A stretch of DNA of 64,000 nt from Vulcanimicrobiota bacterium (lineage in GTDB: Bacteria > Vulcanimicrobiota > Vulcanimicrobiia > Vulcanimicrobiales > Vulcanimicrobiaceae). A program made the position numbers and the translations under genes. Shown here one piece after another: positions 20,854 through 29,648 of the stretch; position 1 is the first letter of the stretch, and each line of letters starts with the position of its first letter. Location of the stretch: NCBI GenBank assembly GCA_963812155.1, contig CAWETW010000001.1, positions 192,001 through 256,000 of the forward strand. Direction: 5' to 3'. A model generated the notes under the pieces. The model had not been told where the DNA came from and ran no database searches. It was given only the letters and a program-made list of their open reading frames with translations.

Positions 20854-21412
20854 CGTGCTTCTCCTTAGGCAGAGCTTCCAGCCGATAGTAGAGCGTTGCG
20901 TGCAGCGTTGCATCGATTTGACCGGCGACGTCTGCAGCACTCGCGAGGGTCGCATCCGACACTTCAAGCAAGACTTCGTGACGAGAAATATCGGCAATTG
21001 CCGCAAGAACGTCGCGATAGGTCCCGCGCATGGTTATCGTCACGTCTTCCGCGCCGGCCGTCTGCGCCGCCGCGTCCGGCAGCTGCGGCGCCAAACCGCC
21101 GATCGCGACGTGCACGTGCGAGCTTTCGTGCTGGAGTAGTTCGAGCGTGCGAAGCGTCGCCGATCCGGCGCCGCGCTCGCCCGCGAGCCGAGCAACGTCG
21201 CGCGCCACGCGGTCCCGTGCGGCCGACAAACCGTCGGCGCCTCGCAACAGCCGTTCGTTGCGGATGGAGAGATCGTAAAGCTCGTGCTCGCGAGCACGGA
21301 TGGTTTGCAGGCTCCGCTCGGCCGGTGCGATCGCGAAGAGGTACTCGCTCAGCACAAGCGCAGCGACAAACACCCAGGCCCAGGTCGTGGGGCCGGGCAC
21401 CGGGCGCGTCAC
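20831..21412 (-). CDS. PilO-like protein
   Basis: TM plus coiled coil plus 'ITMRGTYRDVLAAIADI' PilO-like segment. Confidence 0.7.
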   Translation of the reverse strand: MTRPVPGPTTWAWVFVAALVLSEYLFAIAPAERSLQTIRAREHELYDLSIRNERLLRGADGLSAARDRVARDVARLAGERGAGSATLRTLELLQHESSHVHVAIGGLAPQLPDAAAQTAGAEDVTITMRGTYRDVLAAIADISRHEVLLEVSDATLASAADVAGQIDATLHATLYYRLEALPKEKHDEIFGRH

Positions 21413-21978
21413 CGGGTCGTTCCGGCGCGAATTTCGAAAGCAAGCATTCCGGCTCCGAATCCATCTTCACGCGTCATCCGGAACGACGCATCGGCGGCAA
21501 GCTCGCGGTCGCCCAAGAGATTTCCGAGTACCGCAGACGCTGCGGGCAAATCGACGCCACGGGCTTTTAGCGCGTAACCCGAAGGGCTTACCGTCAGCGT
21601 CGTCGCCGAGGCACGACGCGGAAATGCATTCCCGACGTCAGCAATTCGGACCGCAACGTGCGACCCCGACAAGCGAATTTCACGAAGCCGGCGGTCGCGC
21701 GTGGCGAGCGCGTCGAGTTGCTGCCATTGCAGGCGCACCGCGTCGAGTGCGTGACGCGTCTCTTCGAAGTGTTCCCGCACCCGCCACTCCGACGACCGCG
21801 CCGCATGCAGACGGAGGCTCTCAACGCCGGCCGTGACCGCGATCGCGACCGCCGCAACACCGGCCACAATGGTCTGTACGTATACCTCGGGAGGAAGACG
21901 CAGCGACGCGATTCGTTCGACCAAGGCGGGGCGAGGATCGTGCAGAAAATCAAAACGAATCACGCGCGCACGCTCCAT
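21409..21978 (-). CDS. PilN-like protein
   Basis: 'FDFL' near N-terminus (INLL-like), TM, coiled coil; follows pilM-like gene. Confidence 0.6.
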   Translation of the reverse strand: MERARVIRFDFLHDPRPALVERIASLRLPPEVYVQTIVAGVAAVAIAVTAGVESLRLHAARSSEWRVREHFEETRHALDAVRLQWQQLDALATRDRRLREIRLSGSHVAVRIADVGNAFPRRASATTLTVSPSGYALKARGVDLPAASAVLGNLLGDRELAADASFRMTREDGFGAGMLAFEIRAGTTR

Positions 21979-22934
21979 GCCGCGAGACTCACGGCCAGCG
22001 TCCAGTCGTGCGCGCTCGCCCGCAACACATCGCTCGGGTAGGCGTTGCTCGCAAGCACGCCGCTCGTGGAGTGCTCCGCGCGAACGCCGCAAGCGGATTC
22101 GATCGCCTCGAGCAGTCCGACCAGCCGGGACCCATTACCCGTGACGGAAAAGCGCCGCAAACCCGGCATGCGTTCGCGAGCTTTTGTCAGCGCGGTACGC
22201 ACCGCTTGCACGAATTCGTCGCGAGCCGCGACGCCGGCGCCGGCGTTTCCGAGCAAACACTTCCTTCGTTCGGCGGCCGGTACGTCTATGCCGAGATCGG
22301 CTGCAATGGCACCCGTCATCTCTGCGCCGCCGCCGCCGACGGCAACGGCGAGCGGACCAGCCGGCGAAAAGACGTGCAGCGTGGATCGCCGGTATCCGAT
22401 GTCGAGCACGGCATCGTATTCGGGAAACGCGCGGTACCACGCACATCCTTCGTAATCGGCCGCGACCGGGCGGAGCCCAGCGCCCGTTACGCACCTGCTG
22501 CGTGACGACAGGACGGTCGCCCGCGCGACGCCGACACCATAGAGTTGGCGCGCCCTATCGGCCGCATGCGCCCGCACGATGGTTGCAACCATTCCAAGGT
22601 CCCACGGCGCGATTCGTTCGGCTTCGAAGTGCGCGGCACGCCGGCGTTCCGGCTCGCTCATGGCCGGAAACCGCACGAGTCGCAGTGAGGCGGCCTCGGC
22701 ACCTACGCTGAAAACGCAACGGCGCTCACGCGTGCCGATCTCACGATGCGCATCTTCAATGACGGCTGCGACGAGCTCCGGTTCTGCGATGGATTCGGCC
22801 GTCACGGTATCTTCGGGTAAGTCTCGACTCGCGACTGCCACGAGTCGCGCCGCACCGTCCGCGTGCTCGCTGAGAGCAATTCGAACGCGTGACGAACCGA
22901 GATCGACGCCGAGCGGCAGCGACGTCTTCTTCAC
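21960..22934 (-). CDS. pilM: PilM-like actin-fold protein
   Basis: 'LGVDLGSSRVR', 'VLDIGYRRS', 'GGAEMT', 'VTGNGSRL'. Confidence 0.8.
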   Translation of the reverse strand: MKKTSLPLGVDLGSSRVRIALSEHADGAARLVAVASRDLPEDTVTAESIAEPELVAAVIEDAHREIGTRERRCVFSVGAEAASLRLVRFPAMSEPERRRAAHFEAERIAPWDLGMVATIVRAHAADRARQLYGVGVARATVLSSRSRCVTGAGLRPVAADYEGCAWYRAFPEYDAVLDIGYRRSTLHVFSPAGPLAVAVGGGGAEMTGAIAADLGIDVPAAERRKCLLGNAGAGVAARDEFVQAVRTALTKARERMPGLRRFSVTGNGSRLVGLLEAIESACGVRAEHSTSGVLASNAYPSDVLRASAHDWTLAVSLAAWSVRA

Positions 22935-23527
22935 TCGCACGCCAGGACTCCGTACGAGGCTCCTATTGCGAGAAACGGTGCAAAACGCAGTGCGCTCCGG
23001 CGTTGGGCTCGTCCGGTGATCACGAGCGCGAACGCGACGATCCCGGCGCATACCGCCGCCATGCGTAAGGCTTCGACGGTGCACGCGACGCCTAAACCGG
23101 CGCCGATGGCGGCGGCGAGCTTCACGTCTCCAAGACCGATGCCCCGGCCGGCAGTCACAGCGTAGACGAGGAGCGGTACTCCGCCGCCTAATCCGCAGCC
23201 GGCCATCGCGCCGACGAGTGCATGTGCCTTCGATGCAAGCAGCAGCGATGCCGTGAGCCCGCCGAGCGAAATCCAATCGAAAACGTAGCCGCTCTGCAGA
23301 TCGGTCGCGGCGCAGACCCACGTACATGCCAGAACGACCGCTTTACCGATCGATCGATCGCCGTGTACTGCGAGCCACACCGAGAATGCCATCGCGATCG
23401 CTGCGGGAACGATGGCCGCCGCGCACCGGCTCGAAAACTCTACCCCGTACGCGCGACTGCGATTTCGTGCGATCGCTCCGAAGGTTAGCAGCGCCGCCGC
23501 GGCCGTCGCCGGTATACCGAGGGTCAC
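22931..23527 (-). CDS. Prepilin peptidase (A24 family), short form
   Basis: Catalytic Asp motifs 'AATDL' and 'GIGLGDVKL', 'FAPFLAIG'; no N-terminal Cys zinc domain visible. Confidence 0.85.
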   Translation of the reverse strand: MTLGIPATAAAALLTFGAIARNRSRAYGVEFSSRCAAAIVPAAIAMAFSVWLAVHGDRSIGKAVVLACTWVCAATDLQSGYVFDWISLGGLTASLLLASKAHALVGAMAGCGLGGGVPLLVYAVTAGRGIGLGDVKLAAAIGAGLGVACTVEALRMAAVCAGIVAFALVITGRAQRRSALRFAPFLAIGASYGVLACE

Positions 23528-24062
23528 GGCCGGTGCCGTCGTCTGCAAGCGCGTGCAACGCCGCAGGCATTTTTGGAGCCAGGACGAGCGCGGCGCGAAA
23601 AAGCCGTACCGCAGCGCGCTCGTCTGCGACGGTGCGTGACGCGAACCCGGCCAATGCCAGGGCGCGTGCGTCGCGCGTGCGATAGCCCGCGACGGCAAAG
23701 TCCGCGGCCGCCGTTGAAGCGTCGCCCAGCGCTCGACATGCCATCGCGCGATCCATGCGAATGGCGTCGTCGTCCGGACGGCGATCCAGGTAACCGGTAG
23801 ACCGTTCGACCGCGTCCCGCATCTGCGTCCGATTTCGAAGCAGCGTCGACACGAACAGCACGCGATCGAGCGCCACGGTGTTGTTCGCGTCGAATCGTAG
23901 GGCGCGACGATAGTAGCGCAAAGCCGCCTTCGAGTTCGAACGGTACAGAAACTCGTCGCCGCGGACCACCAGCGCATCGGCGACTTGTCCGCGAAGCAGA
24001 ATCCCGGAAACGGCAACGGCTGCAGCAGCGAGCGCAACGCGCCGCGCCGGATGCGAAGTCAC
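23343..24062 (-). CDS. Membrane-anchored TPR-like protein (3' end uncertain)
   Basis: GTG overlaps the ccdA-like stop; TM then 'ALRYYRRALRFD', 'AVRLFRAALVLAP' TPR-like helices; about 185-nt overlap with the peptidase may reflect an indel. Confidence 0.65.
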   Translation of the reverse strand: MTSHPARRVALAAAAVAVSGILLRGQVADALVVRGDEFLYRSNSKAALRYYRRALRFDANNTVALDRVLFVSTLLRNRTQMRDAVERSTGYLDRRPDDDAIRMDRAMACRALGDASTAAADFAVAGYRTRDARALALAGFASRTVADERAAVRLFRAALVLAPKMPAALHALADDGTGRDPRYTGDGRGGAANLRSDRTKSQSRVRGRVFEPVRGGHRSRSDRDGILGVARSTRRSIDR

Positions 24063-24664
24063 GCCAGGACCGCGTAGTACGCGCCTAATGCAATCGCTAG
24101 ACCGCCCGCAACCGTCGCGGTCGCCTCTACCGGCCATCGCAGTCGCAACAACCCGCCGACGTGCGCCGACGACCCGGCCGCAAGCGCTACAAGCGGCACC
24201 GCATGTCCGAGGGCAAACGCCGCCGGAACGAACGGATCCCGTCCCGCCATCGTCCAGCCGGCGCCCGCGAGCGCCGCCAGCGGCCCGCAGCAGGGCGATC
24301 CGACGATTCCAGCGGCACCTCCCCAAAAGAACGCGATCCCGCACGAGGGCGACGTTCGCTCGTTTGCGCATCGGTGCGTACGTAAAATGCCGGCGATGCC
24401 GGCAATGACGCAAAGGATCGCCAGCAAGGCGTACGTCTGCACGGAATACGCGGCGATGCGAGCGACTGCAGTCCCCGCCCAACATGCGGCGACGAAGCTC
24501 AATGCGGAGCCCGCAACGAACGATCCCAGCCGAAGGCATCGGCGTGCTCCTGAGCTGCCGCTGCAGAGCGTAACCGCTGCAAGAAACCGTGGTGCGACGC
24601 AGGGGCCGGTGCTCGTTGCAATGCCTGCGCCGAAAGCCGCTATCGTAAGCCACGCCTCGCTCAT
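24059..24664 (-). CDS. CcdA/DsbD-like thiol-disulfide membrane transporter
   Basis: 'GIATSTGPCV' and 'GSPCCGP' Pro-Cys motifs, six TM helices, 'FALGHAVPL'. Confidence 0.8.
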   Translation of the reverse strand: MSEAWLTIAAFGAGIATSTGPCVAPRFLAAVTLCSGSSGARRCLRLGSFVAGSALSFVAACWAGTAVARIAAYSVQTYALLAILCVIAGIAGILRTHRCANERTSPSCGIAFFWGGAAGIVGSPCCGPLAALAGAGWTMAGRDPFVPAAFALGHAVPLVALAAGSSAHVGGLLRLRWPVEATATVAGGLAIALGAYYAVLA

Positions 24665-25146
24665 TTGTTGGTCGCGGCCAGCCCAGCCGAGGACGAATAT
24701 TCGATGTGCGTAAACCTCGTATCCGGCGAGATGTTTTGCAGCGTTCCGGGGTCGTGCGTTCCAGGGCAAACAATGGTGTACGCTGCCGACCCCGTATCGC
24801 CGCCGGTGACCGTAAACGTGTAAAATTCGCCGGGTCCTCCCGCAGGGTCGACCGGCGTCTGTTTCAGATACGGCGATAGTTCCGCATTGTTCGAGTTTAC
24901 GGTCCCGCTCGATGGATAGTGATCGTTATCCGTTTGGAAAAGTTCGAGTGCGGTAGCAATCTCCTTGAGATTCGACTCACACGCCGACGTCTGGCCTTGC
25001 GCGCGCGCTCTTACGAAGTTCGGAACGAGAATGCTGACGAGGATGGCGATGATCGCCACCACAATCATCATTTCGATCAGCGTAAAACCTTCTTGATAGC
25101 GCGGCTGGAGTCGACGGGATGCAGCACCCGCAAGGCCAAGAGCCAT
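24661..25146 (-). CDS. Type IV pilin
   Basis: Class III signal 'QEG|FTLIEMMIVVAIIAIL', 'PNF..AR', two Cys. Confidence 0.92.
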   Translation of the reverse strand: MALGLAGAASRRLQPRYQEGFTLIEMMIVVAIIAILVSILVPNFVRARAQGQTSACESNLKEIATALELFQTDNDHYPSSGTVNSNNAELSPYLKQTPVDPAGGPGEFYTFTVTGGDTGSAAYTIVCPGTHDPGTLQNISPDTRFTHIEYSSSAGLAATNK

Positions 25147-25204
25147 CGTACAACCTCAACTAGAAAGTAGCGTCGTGACGGTCGCAGTAGTGCCCGGCGC
25201 CGAT

Positions 25205-25915
25205 TTACATCGAGACGACCGAACCGTGTCCGCGCAGCCGCGACATCGCCGTACGATGCAGCCGCGTTACGTGTCTTCGCGAATATCCCAAACGTTTGGC
25301 AAGGTCGACGATCGTCGTGCCTTCCAGATGAATCGAACGAACGATCTGTGTCTCGAGCGGGGTCAGCACGGCAAACATGCGCTCGAGCGCCATGCCGTCG
25401 AGTATCGATTCGAAATCGGCCGACTCTTCGCGCCAAGCCGCGACTGGAAGCGCCTCGAACGACGCGACCCGCCCACTAACGCGATAGTCGCGAACGTCAC
25501 GTTGTTCGGCCGGCGTCGCGTTGATGTATTGTGCGACGTCGGCTTCGCGCGGCTCCCTTCCTAGAATGGACCAGAGTTCGCGCTCGGCGGCCACCCAGCG
25601 GCGTTCTAAATCGCGAATGCGGCGCGGCGCCCGCAGAAGCCGCTCTCCGTCGCGCACGTGATGCATCAATTCTCCGAGGATCAGGAGCCACGCATACGCC
25701 TCGAACGGCGTCGCCTGCGCGCGGTCGTAGCGGTCGACCGCCTTAATCAGTCCGATCGCGGCAACCTGTTCGAGGTCGGCGCGGTCGAGCGAGGGCCGGA
25801 CGAACCGGCGAGCGGCTCGGCGGCACAAATAACGGTGTTCTTCAATAGCGGCATCCCGGTCTTCGGGGCGCCGGTGCGTAGTCCAAAGGTCGATAATGGA
25901 GAGTCGTTCGTTCAT
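25205..25915 (-). CDS. Alternative sigma-70 factor (SigB/SigF/FliA-like)
   Basis: 'DLEQVAAIGLIKAVDRYD', 'F.AYA...I.GEL...RD', 'GREP...DVA', C-terminal HTH 'LAKRLGYSRRHVTRL'. Confidence 0.9.
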   Translation of the reverse strand: MNERLSIIDLWTTHRRPEDRDAAIEEHRYLCRRAARRFVRPSLDRADLEQVAAIGLIKAVDRYDRAQATPFEAYAWLLILGELMHHVRDGERLLRAPRRIRDLERRWVAAERELWSILGREPREADVAQYINATPAEQRDVRDYRVSGRVASFEALPVAAWREESADFESILDGMALERMFAVLTPLETQIVRSIHLEGTTIVDLAKRLGYSRRHVTRLHRTAMSRLRGHGSVVSM

Positions 25916-27126
25916 TGTATGTTTCCGATCATTGAGTAGAGTGGGATGATGATGGATGCAACGATCGTCCCTATGGCAGCGCCAAGGGCACAAATGAGCA
26001 GAGGTTCGAGAATGCTGGTCAACGATGCCAGCGCAGTTTCCACGTCGAGTTCGTAATAGCGCGCCACGCGAAAGAGCATGTCGTCGACCGTGCCGCTCTC
26101 TTCGCCGGCCTGCAGCAGCTGCAGAAAGGTGGCGTCGAAGAGCGCGCTCGCTTCGAGCGACGCAACCAGAGTGTTCCCGCGGCGCAAAGAATCAACGACG
26201 ATTTTTAAGCCGTGGCGATGGACGAAGCCCTCGACGACACCCGTCCCCGCTTCGATCGCGGCGACGATGTCTACGCCGGAGCGCAGCAGCGATCCGAGCG
26301 TTCGGGCGAAGCGCGCCGCCGTTGCCTTCACGGTAATGGCGCCAAGCACGGGCACGCCTAGCCGCATGCGATCGAGCGCTATTGCCCACGGTTCGTCCGA
26401 CGTTTTGTAGCGGCGCAGCGCGACCGTAGCGAGCAAGATGACCGCGCCGAGCAGAATCCACGCCGCGCGATTCTTCAGCATGCCGGCCGCTGCCATCAGC
26501 AGCCGGGTGCCGGCCGGAAGCGGCACGTGCATCTCGGAAAACATGGCGGCAAATGCCGGCATCGTGTTCGCCACCAGAAAGAGCACCAAGCCGATCGATG
26601 CGATCGAAACCACGGTGGGATAGGCGAGCGCTGCAGCGACTCGCTTCCGTAACGTGCGGTCGCGTTCTTCGAGTTCGGCGAGCGCGAGCAATGCCTCGTC
26701 GAGGGAACCTGCAACCTCGCCGGCTCTCACGATCGCAATCGCGACCGCAGAAAAATCCCGCGGGTGGCCGGCAAGCGCGGCGGACAGCGGCGAGCCGCCG
26801 TCGACCTCGGCGGCTACCGACGCCAAGGTCTCGGAGAACGCACCGTCGCCGCTTTGACGCATCATCGTATCCAATGCACGTCGCACCGGCACTCCCGCCG
26901 ATACGAGCGCCGCAAACGACCGAAAGAATACCGGTCGCGCGCCACCCGAACGCGCGGACAACCGCAGAAACGTCCATGCGCCGCCGAGCGTCGCGGCCGT
27001 TTCCAGCGTGGTCACGAATACGTCTCGTGCGCGCAAGTGCCGCGCCGCAGCTTCCCGCGTCGCCGCTTCGATTGCCCCGTGTAACCGCCGGCCGTCGGCG
27101 GCACGAGCCGCGTAGTAGTAGACCAT
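25912..27126 (-). CDS. pilC: PilC/GspF platform protein
   Basis: 'LVSAGVPV', 'AGEVAGSLD', 'ALAYP', 'AGEESG', 'LEP', 'PLY'. Confidence 0.92.
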   Translation of the reverse strand: MVYYYAARAADGRRLHGAIEAATREAAARHLRARDVFVTTLETAATLGGAWTFLRLSARSGGARPVFFRSFAALVSAGVPVRRALDTMMRQSGDGAFSETLASVAAEVDGGSPLSAALAGHPRDFSAVAIAIVRAGEVAGSLDEALLALAELEERDRTLRKRVAAALAYPTVVSIASIGLVLFLVANTMPAFAAMFSEMHVPLPAGTRLLMAAAGMLKNRAAWILLGAVILLATVALRRYKTSDEPWAIALDRMRLGVPVLGAITVKATAARFARTLGSLLRSGVDIVAAIEAGTGVVEGFVHRHGLKIVVDSLRRGNTLVASLEASALFDATFLQLLQAGEESGTVDDMLFRVARYYELDVETALASLTSILEPLLICALGAAIGTIVASIIIPLYSMIGNIQ

Positions 27127-27137
27127 GGACCGCGCCG

Positions 27138-28220
27138 CTATGCCACCGGCTCGCAGGCTTCTCGGACGCCGAAGCGGCGCGCCTCCTCGGGGTCGACCTC
27201 GCGATCGCGCAACAATACTTCGAGATGTTGTTCGAGGGTTTGCATACCGTACCGGCTTCCAGTCACCATCACGTTTTTCAATTGGTGAGCCTTCGCGTCG
27301 CGAATGAGGGAGCGGACCGCGTCGGTTGCAATCAGAATTTCGAATGCAGCACGCCTGCCCCGGCCGTGAACCCGGCGCAGTAAGTGCTGGCACACTATCC
27401 CCACCAGTGCATTGGCGAGCTGCGCCCGGACATCGTAGCGCAAATGCTCGGCGAAGGCGTTAACCATGCGATCCACACTTTGCGGCGCGCTTCCGGTGTG
27501 CAGCGTCGAGATCACCAGATGACCGGTTTGGGCGGCCGCTAGCGCTCCGGCCACCGTTGCGGAATCCCGCATCTCTCCAACGACGATCACATCGGGATCG
27601 GCGCGAAGAGCGCCGCGCAACGCATCTGAAAAACTCGGAGTGTCGCAACCCAACTCGCGCTGGGTTACAAGCGAACGCCGGTTCTCGTGACGATATTCGA
27701 CCGGATCTTCCACCGTCACGATGCGGCGGGCCGATCCATCGTTGATGCAATCCACGAAGGCTGCCATGGTCGTGGACTTTCCGCTTCCGGTGGGACCGGA
27801 AAAAATAACGATGCCGTGCCGTTCTTGTGCCAAACCTGTGAGGGCGGGCGGAACGTCGAGCGAACCGAGCGTCGGAACGCTGCGGTGCAACAAGCGGATC
27901 GCGATGGCCGGCACGCGGCCCGAGGCGAAAACGTGCACTCGCAGCCGTCCGGTTCTCGGATCGGCGTACGTTGCGGTGACGTCGCCCTCGCGGTCCAATC
28001 GCTTAACGCCGGCGTCGCCCAGAAGCGCTCGGGCGAGATCGCGGAGCTCCTCCGCATCGACCGGCGCATGCGCCGTCCTCTCCAGAACGCCGTCGACGCG
28101 CAAAATCGGCGGCATCCCCTCCGTGAGGTGCACGTCCGAAGCATTACGTCCTCGAGCGAGCGTCGCGACGTCGGCGATGCGAATCGACGCAGGCAGGCCT
28201 TCGGCCAGGCCGACGTTCAC
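27138..28220 (-). CDS. pilT: PilT-family retraction ATPase
   Basis: 'SDVHL', 'GPTGSGKSTT', 'TVEDPVE', 'LRADPDVIVVGEMRD', 'AVRSLIRD', 'GMQT'. Confidence 0.9.
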   Translation of the reverse strand: MNVGLAEGLPASIRIADVATLARGRNASDVHLTEGMPPILRVDGVLERTAHAPVDAEELRDLARALLGDAGVKRLDREGDVTATYADPRTGRLRVHVFASGRVPAIAIRLLHRSVPTLGSLDVPPALTGLAQERHGIVIFSGPTGSGKSTTMAAFVDCINDGSARRIVTVEDPVEYRHENRRSLVTQRELGCDTPSFSDALRGALRADPDVIVVGEMRDSATVAGALAAAQTGHLVISTLHTGSAPQSVDRMVNAFAEHLRYDVRAQLANALVGIVCQHLLRRVHGRGRRAAFEILIATDAVRSLIRDAKAHQLKNVMVTGSRYGMQTLEQHLEVLLRDREVDPEEARRFGVREACEPVA

Positions 28221-29446
28221 CGAACCCCCAACACGCGGCTTGCTTCGGCCACGCTGCAGACTCCGGCGCCGATCAATCTGCCGGCATCGACTGCAATCGG
28301 CAGATAGCCGCAACGTTCCGCAGCATCGCGCACCACATCCGGAGCGCTTGCACGCTCCACCGCGTGGCGAAGTTCGGGCGACATTTCCACCATCTCGAAT
28401 ACGCCCCGGCGGCCATGGTGGCCGCTGCGGTCACACGCGGCGCAGCCAACGGCTTCGTAGACGAGGCTGCCGGGCGCAATGCCGAACGCGCACGCCGATG
28501 TTTCGGCGATAGTTTGCTGCTTGCAATGCTCGCAAAGCCGGCGCACGAGCCGTTGCGAGACGATTGCCGTTACCGACGTTGCAACGCCGCGTGGGGAGAG
28601 GCCAAGTTCGATCAAGCGCTCCAGGGCGCATAGCGCATCGTTGCTGTGCAACGTCGTCAAGACGAGTTGTCCGCAGAGCGCAGCCGACGTCGCGACCGCA
28701 GCGGTATCGGGATCGCGCATCTCGCCGATCATGATGACGTTGGGATCCTGGCGTAAGAACGAGCGCAGACCCGCTGCAAACGTCAATCCCGCACGCAAAT
28801 TGACCTGCACCTGAGCAACTCCGGCGAGGCGAATCTCAACGGGGTCCTCGATGCTGCACAGCTGCTGCCCTGCGACGTTGCGTTCGCGCATCGACGCGTA
28901 CAGCGTCGTTGTCTTGCCGCTCCCGGTCGGCCCGCAGACGACGAGGAATCCCGCGGGTGCGTGGACGAGCCGGCGGAAACGCTCGCACGTGGCGCCGTTC
29001 ATTCCCAGCGCCTCGATCGACGGTATCTGCTGCCGCCCATCCAGCAAACGGATCGCCAGTTTCTCGCCGTCGATGGTCGGCATGGAGCTCACGCGCGCGT
29101 CGATCGTGCCGCCGGGGCCTTCGATCGAATAACGTCCGTCCTGAGGAAGGCGGCGATCGGCAATATCCATGCCGGCCAGCAACTTGATGCGCGATAGAAT
29201 GCGTGGAAGCAGTCGCGGTGAAATCGGCCGTGCTTCGCGAAGCATTCCGTCAATGCGCTCGCGTATGCGACCGCCTTCGCCGAACGGCTCGACGTGCAGA
29301 TCCGACGCTCCGGCACGAATTGCCGCGTCGAACATTTCATCAACCGCATGAATCGCCGGTTGGTCGTCGTTCGACGCATCGCTGCCTGCAAGCGGAAACC
29401 GGCTATCGAGTTCGCGCGGAACTCGCAGCCCCTCCGTGAGAGTCAC
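28217..29446 (-). CDS. pilB: PilB/GspE assembly ATPase, short form
   Basis: 'ASDLHVEP', 'RLPQDGR', 'GPTGSGKTTTLY', 'LRQDPNVIMIGEMRD', two CxxC. Confidence 0.92.
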   Translation of the reverse strand: MTLTEGLRVPRELDSRFPLAGSDASNDDQPAIHAVDEMFDAAIRAGASDLHVEPFGEGGRIRERIDGMLREARPISPRLLPRILSRIKLLAGMDIADRRLPQDGRYSIEGPGGTIDARVSSMPTIDGEKLAIRLLDGRQQIPSIEALGMNGATCERFRRLVHAPAGFLVVCGPTGSGKTTTLYASMRERNVAGQQLCSIEDPVEIRLAGVAQVQVNLRAGLTFAAGLRSFLRQDPNVIMIGEMRDPDTAAVATSAALCGQLVLTTLHSNDALCALERLIELGLSPRGVATSVTAIVSQRLVRRLCEHCKQQTIAETSACAFGIAPGSLVYEAVGCAACDRSGHHGRRGVFEMVEMSPELRHAVERASAPDVVRDAAERCGYLPIAVDAGRLIGAGVCSVAEASRVLGVR

Positions 29447-29648
29447 ACCCCGACCCCTCCGTCCGAGAGAAGATCAGCGCCGCCGGTCGAAACCGGCGCC
29501 GTGGAAACGGTTATATCATAGGTAGCGTCGAGGTGAAATACGTCGAAGTAAATCTTTACGCGACGGCTCAGTTTGCTCGAAATCGGGAACGGCGTTTCGG
29601 TCAACCGAAAAAGGATTCCGCTTTCCGTAGACGCTAAGGCGGAAGCAC

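Noticed and set aside
29560..29600. GCAAAC motif upstream of pilB as a c-di-GMP-I riboswitch
   Set aside because: The following P2 stem, GNRA loop and GCAAAG elements are not present
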